Source: a virus (lineage: Duplodnaviria; Caudoviricetes). From it: a DNA stretch of 64,000 nt. The notes beneath the pieces are model-generated. The model had not been told where the DNA came from and made no database searches. It saw only the letters and a program-made list of their open reading frames with translations. Made by a program: the position numbers and the translations under genes. Each line of letters starts with the position of its first letter. The stretch's first letter is position 1. The stretch spans positions 12,097 through 76,096 of IMG/VR virus record IMGVR_UViG_2882828558_000007; one strand, 5' to 3'. This document shows, piece by piece, positions 46,131-55,151 of this stretch.

Positions 46131-47867
46131 CTAAAACGGAATGTCATCTGCCATCGCCACCGCCAGCCGGCGCGTAGGCACATTGTTGTTGCTCGGGGCG
46201 GGTACGTTGTCATTCGCAACAGCAGCAACGGTGTGCCCGACAACGTCCCACCACTTCCCGCGTGGTTTGACGAGGATCTCGGCGGTATCACGAAGCTCTC
46301 CCTGTCGCTCCAGCCACTCCATCACCGTCTTTGGGAACGGCCTTGAGCCACCATGGGCGAGCCAGAAACGATCGGCTCTGCTCTTGGGGAACCCGTTATG
46401 CTGGGGGCATAACCATTCGTTCACGTGGTTCATTCCGACCTGGTACGACACCTTCACCGAAGGCGTCTCGCCCTTCTCATGGAACCAGAACTTGCGCGAA
46501 CGTACCTTCCGGGATTCGGGCTCTGCAACAGTGGCCAGGATCGCGACATCGGTCGGCTTGGCGGTGAACTTAGGCTTTTCCTCGAACTCGAATTGATAGC
46601 CACAGTTCGGACAGACCCGCGCACCAGCGGCGACGATCTCCTCACACTGCATACAAACCTTGATTGGTGCCTCTCCCGTCCCCTTGCCTGGCTTTTTCGG
46701 CGTAACGCAGTCCACGGGCCCGTGTCGTTCGATATTGCCGGCAAAGTTCATATACCGGCAGTTTGGCTTCGGACCCATCGCTATGGCAGCCTTTCGCCCT
46801 TCGGCGTCAGACGTTTCGGGGTCGAACCCCGCAGGCCAGACGACCCGCGTTCCACGTCCGGCGCGTTGAACATAGCGGTTGGCGCTTTCCGTAGGAGCCA
46901 GGTCTGGAATCAGGTCAACGCCCGGAATGTTCGTACCTGTGCTGAGGACGTTGTCGTTGGTGCACCCCCACAAACGGCCGGCCTTCAGGTCGGCGATGAT
47001 CTTGCGCCGCTCACCTTTCGGTGTCTTTCCGCTTAGCACCTCGCAAGTTTTGCCGTATTTGCGGATCTCGTCACGAACGTGGGTAGCGTGATCGATGCCG
47101 TTACAGAAGATGATGGCCGTCTTTCTGTTTTCTGCATTGGCATAGGCCATGATTTCCGCGACGGCGGCGCGGGTTAGTTCCTCCTTGTCCGTAGCCTTGG
47201 CGAGGTCTGACTTCTTGAAGTCTCCCCCCAGCCGATGGACACCCGTCATATCGTACTGGAGCTCAGTCGGCTTGCTGGTCAGGCGCGTCAGGTAGCCATC
47301 GTCGATCGCCTGCGCGATGCTGTAGGTGTAGACGACCTTGTCGAACAGTCGGTCTTCGCCCTCATCGAGGCGGCCAGAATCAAGGCGGTACGGCGTTGCC
47401 GTAAAGCCAACAATCTTCATGTCCGGATTGATTTCGAACAGCGCCGCGATAAGCTTTCGGTACATCGTGTTGCCGTCGTTCGGCACGAGATGCACCTCGT
47501 CGATCTTCAGCACGTCGACATGGCCGATCAGGTCGGCCTTGTCCCATATGGTTTGCAGCTGACCGAAGACAACCTGTGCCCGATAGTCCCGCCGGTTAAG
47601 GCTGGCGGCAGCTATCCCGGCTGGAGCAAATGGGCACATGCCCACAAACTCCATGAAGTTTCCCTCGACGAGCTCTTCGACGTGCGTGGCGTTGAGAATG
47701 CGGATGTCTGGCCACCCCTCAACGAGACGCTTATCTAGCATGGCCATAGTGCCGCTCTTCCCGGTGCCCGTGGCCATATCAACGAGCGGGTGTCCGGGTT
47801 CTTCGGCCCAGTAGTCGAAGACCGCATCGACGGCCTCGATCTGATAGTAGCGCGGATTGAACGCCAT
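46131..47867 (-). CDS. SF2 DEAH helicase with Zn finger, ending in DDIPF
   Basis: PRYYQ, ATGTGKS, DEVH, GFTATPYR, QRAGRG; CMQC..CPNC. Confidence 0.9.
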   Translation of the reverse strand: MAFNPRYYQIEAVDAVFDYWAEEPGHPLVDMATGTGKSGTMAMLDKRLVEGWPDIRILNATHVEELVEGNFMEFVGMCPFAPAGIAAASLNRRDYRAQVVFGQLQTIWDKADLIGHVDVLKIDEVHLVPNDGNTMYRKLIAALFEINPDMKIVGFTATPYRLDSGRLDEGEDRLFDKVVYTYSIAQAIDDGYLTRLTSKPTELQYDMTGVHRLGGDFKKSDLAKATDKEELTRAAVAEIMAYANAENRKTAIIFCNGIDHATHVRDEIRKYGKTCEVLSGKTPKGERRKIIADLKAGRLWGCTNDNVLSTGTNIPGVDLIPDLAPTESANRYVQRAGRGTRVVWPAGFDPETSDAEGRKAAIAMGPKPNCRYMNFAGNIERHGPVDCVTPKKPGKGTGEAPIKVCMQCEEIVAAGARVCPNCGYQFEFEEKPKFTAKPTDVAILATVAEPESRKVRSRKFWFHEKGETPSVKVSYQVGMNHVNEWLCPQHNGFPKSRADRFWLAHGGSRPFPKTVMEWLERQGELRDTAEILVKPRGKWWDVVGHTVAAVANDNVPAPSNNNVPTRRLAVAMADDIPF

Positions 47868-48019
47868 CACGCCACCTCAGCCGTCTTGCCTTTCCCACGC
47901 CCCTCCTCCCGCGCAAACGCCTGCGCCAGCCGGATGGCGTCTTCGCGCACGACGATCCAGCCGGCGTTTCGCAACGCCGCCAGCTGCTCGGGACCTATGA
48001 TATCGCGCGGATGGATCAT
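47867..48019 (-). CDS. 50-aa hypothetical protein
   Basis: Read manually; ATGA and TGATG coupling on both sides. Confidence 0.5.
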   Translation of the reverse strand: MIHPRDIIGPEQLAALRNAGWIVVREDAIRLAQAFAREEGRGKGKTAEVA

Positions 48020-48528
48020 GCTGCTGCCCTCAGCTCGGCGCGGAGCTTGGCAATGCCCGCCTCCTCGATCTGCCGCACGCGCTCACGGGACACGCCGATT
48101 TCCGCACCAATGTCGGACAACTTGAACCCCATGCCTCTGCGCAGGAGGACGGCTCCATCACGGCCGGTCATCCGGTTGAGCACGTCCAGAGCGGCAATCG
48201 AGCGCTCCTGCGTTTCGGCAAGCGATGCGGTACGGAATGCCCTGTCGGCCTTGTCGCCGTAGACGATCGTGACGCGCTTCTTGGTCTTGTGCGCCGAGAT
48301 TACCGCGCGCAGCTGCCACCGCAGCCAGCTGGGAAAGCCGCCGTTTGGCGTGTATTCGCCGTGGAAATTGCGCCAGCAGCTGAGCGCCCGCAACATGACG
48401 TCCTGGATAACGTCTTCGCGCTGCCCGGTCGGCAGGTAGCGCACCGCGAGCGCCCGAACCATAGGCATATAGCGCTCAAGGGCAGCGTCAAACTCGGCGG
48501 GGCGGTTGTCGTTGGCGTGGGTAGCCAT
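48016..48528 (-). CDS. ECF-like sigma-70 factor
   Basis: REDVIQDV, F..WL region 2; L..IG..IGVSRERVRQIE region 4. Confidence 0.85.
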   Translation of the reverse strand: MATHANDNRPAEFDAALERYMPMVRALAVRYLPTGQREDVIQDVMLRALSCWRNFHGEYTPNGGFPSWLRWQLRAVISAHKTKKRVTIVYGDKADRAFRTASLAETQERSIAALDVLNRMTGRDGAVLLRRGMGFKLSDIGAEIGVSRERVRQIEEAGIAKLRAELRAAA

Positions 48529-48546
48529 GGTGGTCTCCTCTTGTGG

Positions 48547-48903
48547 TTAGGCAGCCTTGGTGGGGCTGTCTTCGTTGATAACCGCCCAGATCCTGCGCAC
48601 GGCGGCAGGAACGAGGGCGGCTCGTTCTTTCGGCATGTGCATCATGTGGCAGTCCGCTTCCGGCCAGCCGGTAGCCCACGACAGGGCTTGGTAGGCCTCG
48701 CCGCGCGACAGGTGTCCGGATTTCCACAGTACGTCAAAGACGCGGTGCGCATCGCTGCGTGCCTTGTGTGTCTCAGCGTCGGCAAGCGGCTTGTTGCCCC
48801 AAGACCACAGGCCGCAGCAGTCGTGGCGGCGACCAAAGCGGGTTTCGCTGCGCGCGGCTCGCGCGCCGCATACCGGGCAGATCGGGCGCGGCTTGCGGCT
48901 CAT
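48547..48903 (-). CDS. Zn-finger protein (DUF3268-like)
   Basis: CPVCG, R..AH..FD.LW, Y..L, CHM. Confidence 0.75.
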   Translation of the reverse strand: MSRKPRPICPVCGARAARSETRFGRRHDCCGLWSWGNKPLADAETHKARSDAHRVFDVLWKSGHLSRGEAYQALSWATGWPEADCHMMHMPKERAALVPAAVRRIWAVINEDSPTKAA

Positions 48904-49844
48904 GTTGTTGGCTCCGCAGCCGCGCCGTCCACCCACCGCTCACCTGTGGTCCGGTGGACGTAGGTTATGGTCTCGGCCTCCTCGTCCGCATCGACCTGCT
49001 CGTAGGCGGCAAGCATGGACGGGATGAAAAGGTGAGCGGCGCAGCCTTCCGCCTGCTCATCGAGCGACAAAGGTTTCTGCCAGCGGCTGCAGTCCCACCC
49101 GGCGTTGCCGTCAAGCAGCGGCGTGGCATGGATGCAGGACCTGCAATGCGCACGCGGCTTGATCTCGCCCCAGCAAACCTCCGCCTGACGGCAGAACATG
49201 CCGCGGAAGTCGTCGCGCTTCGTGCACAGCCTGCCGGGCGGTTCGGGCATGTTTATGATGCGCTCCACCCTCGCCACCTGGTGGATGGCGAAGTCGTGGT
49301 CGAAGTTTACCCGCTCGAGATGCAGATCCTCGTCGTTTTTGTTGGACATCATGTAGAGGACGCGGTCGATGCCGAGCCCGTACATGTAGAACTGAAACGT
49401 GGCGTAGTGCTCCGGCTTGCCTTCCTTCACCCCTAACTTCTTGACCTTGGCGAACACCTCCTGCTTGGCCGATTTGCATTCGACGATGTGTTCGGTCTTG
49501 GCGGCCTCCGGCAGGCCGAGAGCGCGACCGTCGATCTTGCCGCGCAGATGCCCGCCGGCCGCGCGAACGCGGTCCTGCTGACCCCAAACCTCAATTCCGA
49601 CGAGCCGCAGCAGATCGAGAAGGCGCTCCTCCTCTATCTCGCCACGTTCGAAGATCCGTCGCTTGCGCCAGTCGATCGCTTCCGGAACGGACGCCCGGCG
49701 GAATGTGAGCCAAAGAGCTCGGTCACACTCCATACCGATATCGCCAGCCGACACGCCGACGGACTCCCACTGGTCTTCATCGGATTCGAGGGCGTGCTGG
49801 ATGGCGCGCAGGGTTGAGGGCGTTGGGCGGGGGATAGGGGCCAT
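48900..49844 (-). CDS. PD-(D/E)XK / Cas4-like exonuclease
   Basis: GMECDRALW, GKIDG, VECKS, Q.YM, C-terminal Cys cluster. Confidence 0.8.
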   Translation of the reverse strand: MAPIPRPTPSTLRAIQHALESDEDQWESVGVSAGDIGMECDRALWLTFRRASVPEAIDWRKRRIFERGEIEEERLLDLLRLVGIEVWGQQDRVRAAGGHLRGKIDGRALGLPEAAKTEHIVECKSAKQEVFAKVKKLGVKEGKPEHYATFQFYMYGLGIDRVLYMMSNKNDEDLHLERVNFDHDFAIHQVARVERIINMPEPPGRLCTKRDDFRGMFCRQAEVCWGEIKPRAHCRSCIHATPLLDGNAGWDCSRWQKPLSLDEQAEGCAAHLFIPSMLAAYEQVDADEEAETITYVHRTTGERWVDGAAAEPTT

Positions 49845-50023
49845 TAGGCGGACGCCTCATGCGCGCCGTCATCGACCTTGGCATCCCGCCAATGCGTCGT
49901 TGTCCACTCGTCGTAGTATCCGGACCCGTTGAGGTCTTTCATGTGGAACAGCGTGTATTCGACCTGCAGGATGAGCTTGCCGCGCCAGTTGGTGCGGTAG
50001 CGCTTTCGTCCGGTGAGGGTCAT
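49844..50023 (-). CDS. 59-aa hypothetical protein
   Basis: Read manually; RYRTNWRGKLILQVE; coupled both sides. Confidence 0.55.
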   Translation of the reverse strand: MTLTGRKRYRTNWRGKLILQVEYTLFHMKDLNGSGYYDEWTTTHWRDAKVDDGAHEASA

Positions 50024-50235
50024 GCCGCCACCTTATGCCCTAGAGCCTCCGCGAAGTACCCGCCCACAGAGCCAACCCCTCCGCCGTCGCGCATAAGGTA
50101 CGCCCCGTGAGCATGCTCCACAGACCGATACTTCGGGTCGACAGTGCGCTCCAGGATCAGCACGCCGTCATCAATGTCACCGCGCCGGATGGCTGAAATT
50201 GCCTCTCGGATAAGGTTCTTGATCTCTCGCTCCAT
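50020..50235 (-). CDS. Hypothetical protein
   Basis: Coupled to clamp gene. Confidence 0.55.
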   Translation of the reverse strand: MEREIKNLIREAISAIRRGDIDDGVLILERTVDPKYRSVEHAHGAYLMRDGGGVGSVGGYFAEALGHKVAA

Positions 50236-51293
50236 CAGTTCACCCTCAGAGGCATGAGAACTCCGTCCCAGTTGTCGTTCTCGCCGGTCACCACTGCCGG
50301 TGAGTTGCTCTCAGACAACGCCAGCTTGACCTTGCCCGGAGGCAGGGCCGCCAGCATGTCGCGCAGGTAGAGGCTATTAAGGCCGTAATCGATCGGCTCT
50401 CCGCTGTAATCGGCAGCCACTTCATCAGCTGCTTCGCCGGCATCAGATCGGGCCGAGAACTGGATTGCGCCGGACGCGATAGACAGACGAACACCCTTGC
50501 TCTTCTCGCTGCTCACCGTCACGACGCGATCGGCCGCCCGCATCATCTCGTCGCGGTTCACGGCCACGACTTTATCGTTGTGTTGTGGGATGACCCGCTC
50601 GTAATCGGGATACTCCATGCCGATCAGTTTGGTCGTGATCGTGATGTCCTCGCCAATGACGCGCATCTTTTCAGGGCTGACGCTGACGATCGTCGTGCCC
50701 TTCGGCATGACGCTGACCGCTTTGTTCGGGATGATGATGTCATCGAAGGAAGGCGCTTCATCGCCCTGTGAGCGAGCGAGACGGTGCCCGTCTGTCGCCA
50801 CGGCAACAAGCTTTCCGGCTTTGGAGCGCAAAAGCACGCCATTGAGCATTTCGCGGATGTCGTTCGTGCCGGCAGCAAACGCCACCGAGGACAGCAGATC
50901 AGCAATGTCCGTCTCGAACTCGGCGTTAAAGCTATCCGCGCCCATGGACGGGAAGTCCGCAGCAGGCAGCGTGCGAAGCGAGAAGCGACTACGTCCGGAC
51001 TTCACGACAAGTTTGTCATCATCCAGCAGGAGGATGATTTCGGAAGCGCCGGCCTTCTTGGCAATGTCACCGAACAACTTGGCGTCTACGCACACAGACC
51101 CAGCGGCCGCGACGGTTGCGGGCGCCTTGGCTTCCGCAACGATGGCGAGGTCTGTAGCCGTCACGGTCAGTGTGTCGTCCGTCGCGACAAGGCGCAGGTT
51201 GGACAGGATTTCGATGATGTTTCTGCTTTCAACGACGCGGCTTACCGCCGAGATAACGCGGGAAAGCTCCGCCCGACTGATTGTCAGGTGCAT
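50235..51293 (-). CDS. dnaN: DNA polymerase III beta sliding clamp homologue
   Basis: ATDL, SRF.L.TLPA.DFP, VATDGHRLA, YPDYERVIP, VLMPLR. Confidence 0.9.
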   Translation of the reverse strand: MHLTISRAELSRVISAVSRVVESRNIIEILSNLRLVATDDTLTVTATDLAIVAEAKAPATVAAAGSVCVDAKLFGDIAKKAGASEIILLLDDDKLVVKSGRSRFSLRTLPAADFPSMGADSFNAEFETDIADLLSSVAFAAGTNDIREMLNGVLLRSKAGKLVAVATDGHRLARSQGDEAPSFDDIIIPNKAVSVMPKGTTIVSVSPEKMRVIGEDITITTKLIGMEYPDYERVIPQHNDKVVAVNRDEMMRAADRVVTVSSEKSKGVRLSIASGAIQFSARSDAGEAADEVAADYSGEPIDYGLNSLYLRDMLAALPPGKVKLALSESNSPAVVTGENDNWDGVLMPLRVN

Positions 51294-51356
51294 TGTGGTC
51301 TCCTCTTGGTGGTAGTGCGCGGCCAGTTGCAGGTAGCAACCGGCCGCTGGTGGTGG

Positions 51357-51440
51357 TTAGGCGCGGGTGAAGAGCACGGCGAGCACGTAGGCGAAGCTGA
51401 ATGCAACTGCAGCAATCGCCACCGCGTCAGGCCAGCCCAT
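51357..51440 (-). CDS. 27-aa single-TM peptide
   Basis: Read manually: MGWPDAVAIAAVAFSFAYVLAVLFTRA; TGATG coupling. Confidence 0.5.
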   Translation of the reverse strand: MGWPDAVAIAAVAFSFAYVLAVLFTRA

Positions 51441-52036
51441 CACTTCTTCCCCCAGGGCCGGCTGCCCGTAGCCGCAGCAGCCGGTCGGCTGGCCTGCTGT
51501 TGCTGGCGGTTGTCATTCGCCGCAGGTGCGCGATTGTCGTTGGCTGCTGCTGGTTTGGTTTGAACCGCATCGAGCGCAGGCTCGGGAATGTTGCCCTGAT
51601 CCGGGAAGAAGTACCGCTTGACCTCCATGCGCGCCGGGAATTCAGGGGAGCCGTCTGCCTTGAGCTTCTTGCTCGGCTTGCCGAGGCCAAGCTTCACCGT
51701 GTAGGTGCGATAGTGCAGCTCCTCCGTGTCTTCCACGCCCTCAACGCCCATCGCGCGGCAGAGGGACGCAAATTCCCGTTGTCCGATCTCCTGCGCCTGC
51801 GCATTGGTGTTTTCGAGGTTGATGAAGCCGAAGAACTTTCGACCGGACACCTCTTCTGGAGCCAGGACATTTACCGTGTACTTCATGCCGTTGCCGGTGC
51901 GCGCGTGTTCCGGGCCGGTCTCCTTGATTTCGCTCGCTTCGATCTCGAACTGCATGATCCCCGCAGGCAGGTCCTCATAGTCGCGCTGTTCGGTATCGTG
52001 GTCCTGTGCATTGAATCTGGTGTTCAGCTTAGCCAT
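51440..52036 (-). CDS. DUF669-family (SSB-like) protein
   Basis: DLPAG, GNGMK, INLENTNAQAQEIGQR...LCRA.G; next to AAA_24 gene. Confidence 0.8.
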   Translation of the reverse strand: MAKLNTRFNAQDHDTEQRDYEDLPAGIMQFEIEASEIKETGPEHARTGNGMKYTVNVLAPEEVSGRKFFGFINLENTNAQAQEIGQREFASLCRAMGVEGVEDTEELHYRTYTVKLGLGKPSKKLKADGSPEFPARMEVKRYFFPDQGNIPEPALDAVQTKPAAANDNRAPAANDNRQQQQASRPAAAATGSRPWGKK

Positions 52037-52063
52037 GCTGGCCGTCTCCTTCTGTGGTAGTGG

Positions 52064-52210
52064 TTAGGTGGTGTAATAGCGCCAAGCACTGGCGCTATTT
52101 GCTGTCTCGAACCGCTCCCGCATGACCGTCTCCAGCCATGCGATGCGTTTGCCGGCGGCGGTGCGTGCCGTCACGGGGAACCATGCGAACCAGTTTTCGC
52201 GGTGGAACAT
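52064..52210 (-). CDS. 48-aa hypothetical protein
   Basis: Read manually: WFAWFPV...WLE motif. Confidence 0.5.
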   Translation of the reverse strand: MFHRENWFAWFPVTARTAAGKRIAWLETVMRERFETANSASAWRYYTT

Positions 52211-52213
52211 GGG

Positions 52214-52381
52214 TTAGTAGCCATAGATGAGGTTGATGCCGAGGTAGATTGCCCCGGTCATCAGTCCGGTGAGGCCGAATACCGCTAGTGCCGGCCATAC
52301 GCCGACGCTGTAGATCACCGCCCCGACGATGGCGGCTGCCACGGCAAGAAGAATGGCGACACCCAGATAGAAGCTACCCAT
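52214..52381 (-). CDS. 55-aa 2-TM membrane protein
   Basis: Read manually; TGATG coupling to AAA gene. Confidence 0.55.
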   Translation of the reverse strand: MGSFYLGVAILLAVAAAIVGAVIYSVGVWPALAVFGLTGLMTGAIYLGINLIYGY

Positions 52382-53166
52382 CACGCCGCCTCCTGCCGTG
52401 CCGCGTTGTCGTTCGAAGGCCAGTATTTTGCCAACGCTGCGAAGCCGTCTCCCTTCTTGTAGGAGATGGAATCCGGCATGGAGAAGCGGTTCTTCGCGTT
52501 GAATCCGGCGCCTTCGTTGAGGTGGATCTGGCGCTCCTTGCCGCCCTCGGCGTGCGCAACCTTCGTCTGGCGCGCCACCTCTTTCTCCTTGATGGAGATG
52601 CGGTAGTTCATGAAGGCCACGACATCAGCCTTCTCGCGAACGAGGGCGTTGGCTCGCTTGTGGAGTTTCGGCTGATACCGGCTGTACGGATCGCTGGTCG
52701 GGCTGTCGAACCGCACGATCTCCGGGTGAGCCAGCTGCACGACATAAATTCCGGCCTGCGCCAGAGCCGCGACGGCGGAAAGGTATTCGTTCCATTCCGT
52801 GTCTGCCTCGACGTAACCTTTTCCGAATCCTGCATCTTCGATCGAGTTAAGACCAAGGCGTGCACACGTCGCCCGCCAGATCAACGGCTCGAGTCCGTCG
52901 AGGCTGTCGATGATGACAGTGCCGAAGTCGTGCTCGCTGTCGAGCAGTTCGCCAAACACGTCGAACACATCATTCAGGGACGTGATGACGCCGGGGGTCG
53001 GCAGATCTACGTCAGACGGCGGTCGCTCGCCCTCCGTACCGAGGAAGAGCGGCGACGGGAATTCAGCTGCTAGGCTGGTCTTGCCGATGCCGTCGACGCC
53101 ATAAAGCAGCATAATGGGTGGATCGTTGCGCTTGGTGGATCTCAGGGATGATAGGGAAATTGCCAT
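52381..53166 (-). CDS. AAA_24 / Sak4-like ATPase (recombination)
   Basis: LLYGVDGIGKT, TVIIDSLD.LE, AKNRF. Confidence 0.85.
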   Translation of the reverse strand: MAISLSSLRSTKRNDPPIMLLYGVDGIGKTSLAAEFPSPLFLGTEGERPPSDVDLPTPGVITSLNDVFDVFGELLDSEHDFGTVIIDSLDGLEPLIWRATCARLGLNSIEDAGFGKGYVEADTEWNEYLSAVAALAQAGIYVVQLAHPEIVRFDSPTSDPYSRYQPKLHKRANALVREKADVVAFMNYRISIKEKEVARQTKVAHAEGGKERQIHLNEGAGFNAKNRFSMPDSISYKKGDGFAALAKYWPSNDNAARQEAA

Positions 53167-53182
53167 TTCGTCTCCTCTTCGG

Positions 53183-53446
53183 TTACTGCCGGTCCTGGTT
53201 GGTGTGCCGGTCCAGCCAGTCGTAGAATTCGGCTCCGACGAACCACACACCGATTGCCGCGCCACCAACGGCGAAGGCGATCGGGATGAGCGCGTAGGTC
53301 AGGCCGAAGACAGCGGCGCATGCTGCAGCCGTCATGGCGCGTTTCCAGGTGCGTCCGGTGGGCTGATCCTGCGGCGGCACGAGGCCGTAGACGTCGAAGT
53401 CTTTCGGGGTCTCGGTGGGCTGCGGGTCGCGGTGGTGTTTGGCCAT
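53183..53446 (-). CDS. Membrane hypothetical protein
   Basis: C-terminal hydrophobic hairpin; coupled. Confidence 0.55.
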   Translation of the reverse strand: MAKHHRDPQPTETPKDFDVYGLVPPQDQPTGRTWKRAMTAAACAAVFGLTYALIPIAFAVGGAAIGVWFVGAEFYDWLDRHTNQDRQ

Positions 53447-53643
53447 CACCAGATCCCCAGCCAGATGCCCCAGCCGTGAATGACGGCGATGGGTGCGGCC
53501 AGCGCTCCGGCGATGAGGAAGCCCCAGCGCTCGTCGGTGAAGCAGACGTACAGGTGTGTCAGCCACGCCGGGATGGTGGACAGGGCAAGCAGCGCGAACG
53601 GTATCGCGCAGCCTGCCGGCAGGTCGGCCTTGTATTTCGGCAT
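53446..53643 (-). CDS. Small membrane protein
   Basis: AWLTH...C...WG.LIAGA...P.AV.HG pattern. Confidence 0.65.
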   Translation of the reverse strand: MPKYKADLPAGCAIPFALLALSTIPAWLTHLYVCFTDERWGFLIAGALAAPIAVIHGWGIWLGIW

Positions 53644-53709
53644 AACAAGTCTCCTCGCTCCCGCTGCCTGTCGCCAAGCAGCGGGTTGGTTGGTGGTAGG
53701 GATTGGTGG

Positions 53710-54843
53710 TTAGGCTGCAGAGACGGAAGCGGCCCGGAATGTCTCTGGGGCCTTCTTGCCGGTATCGACCCAGACATAATCGCCGAAGCGCGCGATTTCG
53801 AAGCCGTAGCCGTTTCGGGTCTTGATCAGACCTGCATGTTGCTGGGCAACCGGCAGGTTATCGTTGTCGGCGTCATGGTACGGCTCACCGAAAGCCACGG
53901 CGTCGCGCTCGACCCAGATATCTAGGCCGGTTGCGTCATCATGGATCTTGTACGGATCGCGGTATGCACCTTCGTCGACAAGGATTATCTCGCCGCTGAC
54001 GATGCCAAAGCCCGCGGCTTTCCCGGTAATGCGATCACCCACCTTGAACTTCGGCCCGTTGTCATTGGCGACGGCGGGCTGCGTGACGGGCTCGTCGACC
54101 CATTCGGCGATGAGGTCCAAGTCGGGATTGTTCTGGATATATTCATTTCCGTGACGGCCGTTCGGCTCGAACGCCCTATGGCCGATCTCTCCTTCGATCA
54201 GGCCAAACCAATAGCCGAAATCCTTGTGAATATTGGCAACCTTCCGCCCATCGCGCGTCTGGTAGAACTTGCTGGCCTCAATCTTTAGGGCTGCCGGTTG
54301 CGGAGCGGCAACGAGCAGCGGTTCGAGGTCGGAAAGGTAGGCAAATTGGTGCAGCACGCCGTGACTGTCCGTCGAGGCGTTAAGCCAGAGGTAATCCGCG
54401 TTCACGCTATCCACCACACACTGCGTCTCGGAGGACACCGCAGGATGAAAGTTTTCGGTCTCGACAACAACCACCCGCTCCCCGACCTTCGGCACCCAGG
54501 CCTCGACGATGTCATCGTCGCCGTGAACCGCACCGCCGGCCTCGTCGAAGATGCGAACGCGCCCGTCGACGACAGCCTCAAAACCGGTGTCGCCCTTGGT
54601 CACGCGGCCAGTCGGCTTGCCGGAACGGGTGCGGTAGTGGTTGCCGGCTTCGATGGTGAAGGCGGGGGTGACGAGTTCGAAGTTCGAAGGACTCCAGCCA
54701 TTTTCCGTGGAGCCGGCATCATCCTCAGCAATACTGATGCTATAATCGTTGATGCCGCTGACGACGTATTCTTTGCCGGTCGTAAACTGCCCATAGTAGC
54801 TGTACAGAGCCCGCACCCGGTCGCCAATCTTGAACTCACCCAT
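53710..54843 (-). CDS. Mosaic protein of tandem SH3-like modules
   Basis: FKIGDRVR, IEAGNHYRTRSG, PKVGERV, IEASKFYQTRDG, FKVGDRI. Confidence 0.65.
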   Translation of the reverse strand: MGEFKIGDRVRALYSYYGQFTTGKEYVVSGINDYSISIAEDDAGSTENGWSPSNFELVTPAFTIEAGNHYRTRSGKPTGRVTKGDTGFEAVVDGRVRIFDEAGGAVHGDDDIVEAWVPKVGERVVVVETENFHPAVSSETQCVVDSVNADYLWLNASTDSHGVLHQFAYLSDLEPLLVAAPQPAALKIEASKFYQTRDGRKVANIHKDFGYWFGLIEGEIGHRAFEPNGRHGNEYIQNNPDLDLIAEWVDEPVTQPAVANDNGPKFKVGDRITGKAAGFGIVSGEIILVDEGAYRDPYKIHDDATGLDIWVERDAVAFGEPYHDADNDNLPVAQQHAGLIKTRNGYGFEIARFGDYVWVDTGKKAPETFRAASVSAA

Positions 54844-55151
54844 CACGCAGCCCCTCCTGTAATTGTTTCGGGGCGCAGACCCCGCGATTTGGTGAAATCG
54901 ACACGAACCACGTTCGTGGTGTCGTCTTCCTTGGCCGGCGGAACTTCCGCCTCCGGATCGTGCTCCATCTCGACGCCGTGCCACCAGATTGTGGTCGCGC
55001 CGTCGGCCAGCCGCACCTGATACTCTGAGCCCCAGTTGCGATCGCCGATGACCTGCCCCGTCAGGTTCGGGTTCTGGCGGGATCGAACCATGTCGCCGAA
55101 GTTGAAGAATTCGCATTCGCAGTCGCTGCGCATCGTGCTGTCGTCGCTCAT
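54843..55151 (-). CDS. Hypothetical SH3-like protein
   Basis: FNFGDMV....G.VIG....G.EY.VRL. Confidence 0.65.
   Translation of the reverse strand: MSDDSTMRSDCECEFFNFGDMVRSRQNPNLTGQVIGDRNWGSEYQVRLADGATTIWWHGVEMEHDPEAEVPPAKEDDTTNVVRVDFTKSRGLRPETITGGAA

Noticed and set aside
47120-47137. Possible self-target of guide AAGCAGATG/TCTTTCTGT (15/18 match in the helicase gene)
   Set aside because: Mismatches fall near the centre, and by rough estimate one such match is expected by chance across 13 guides and both orientations. I did not search the window exhaustively.
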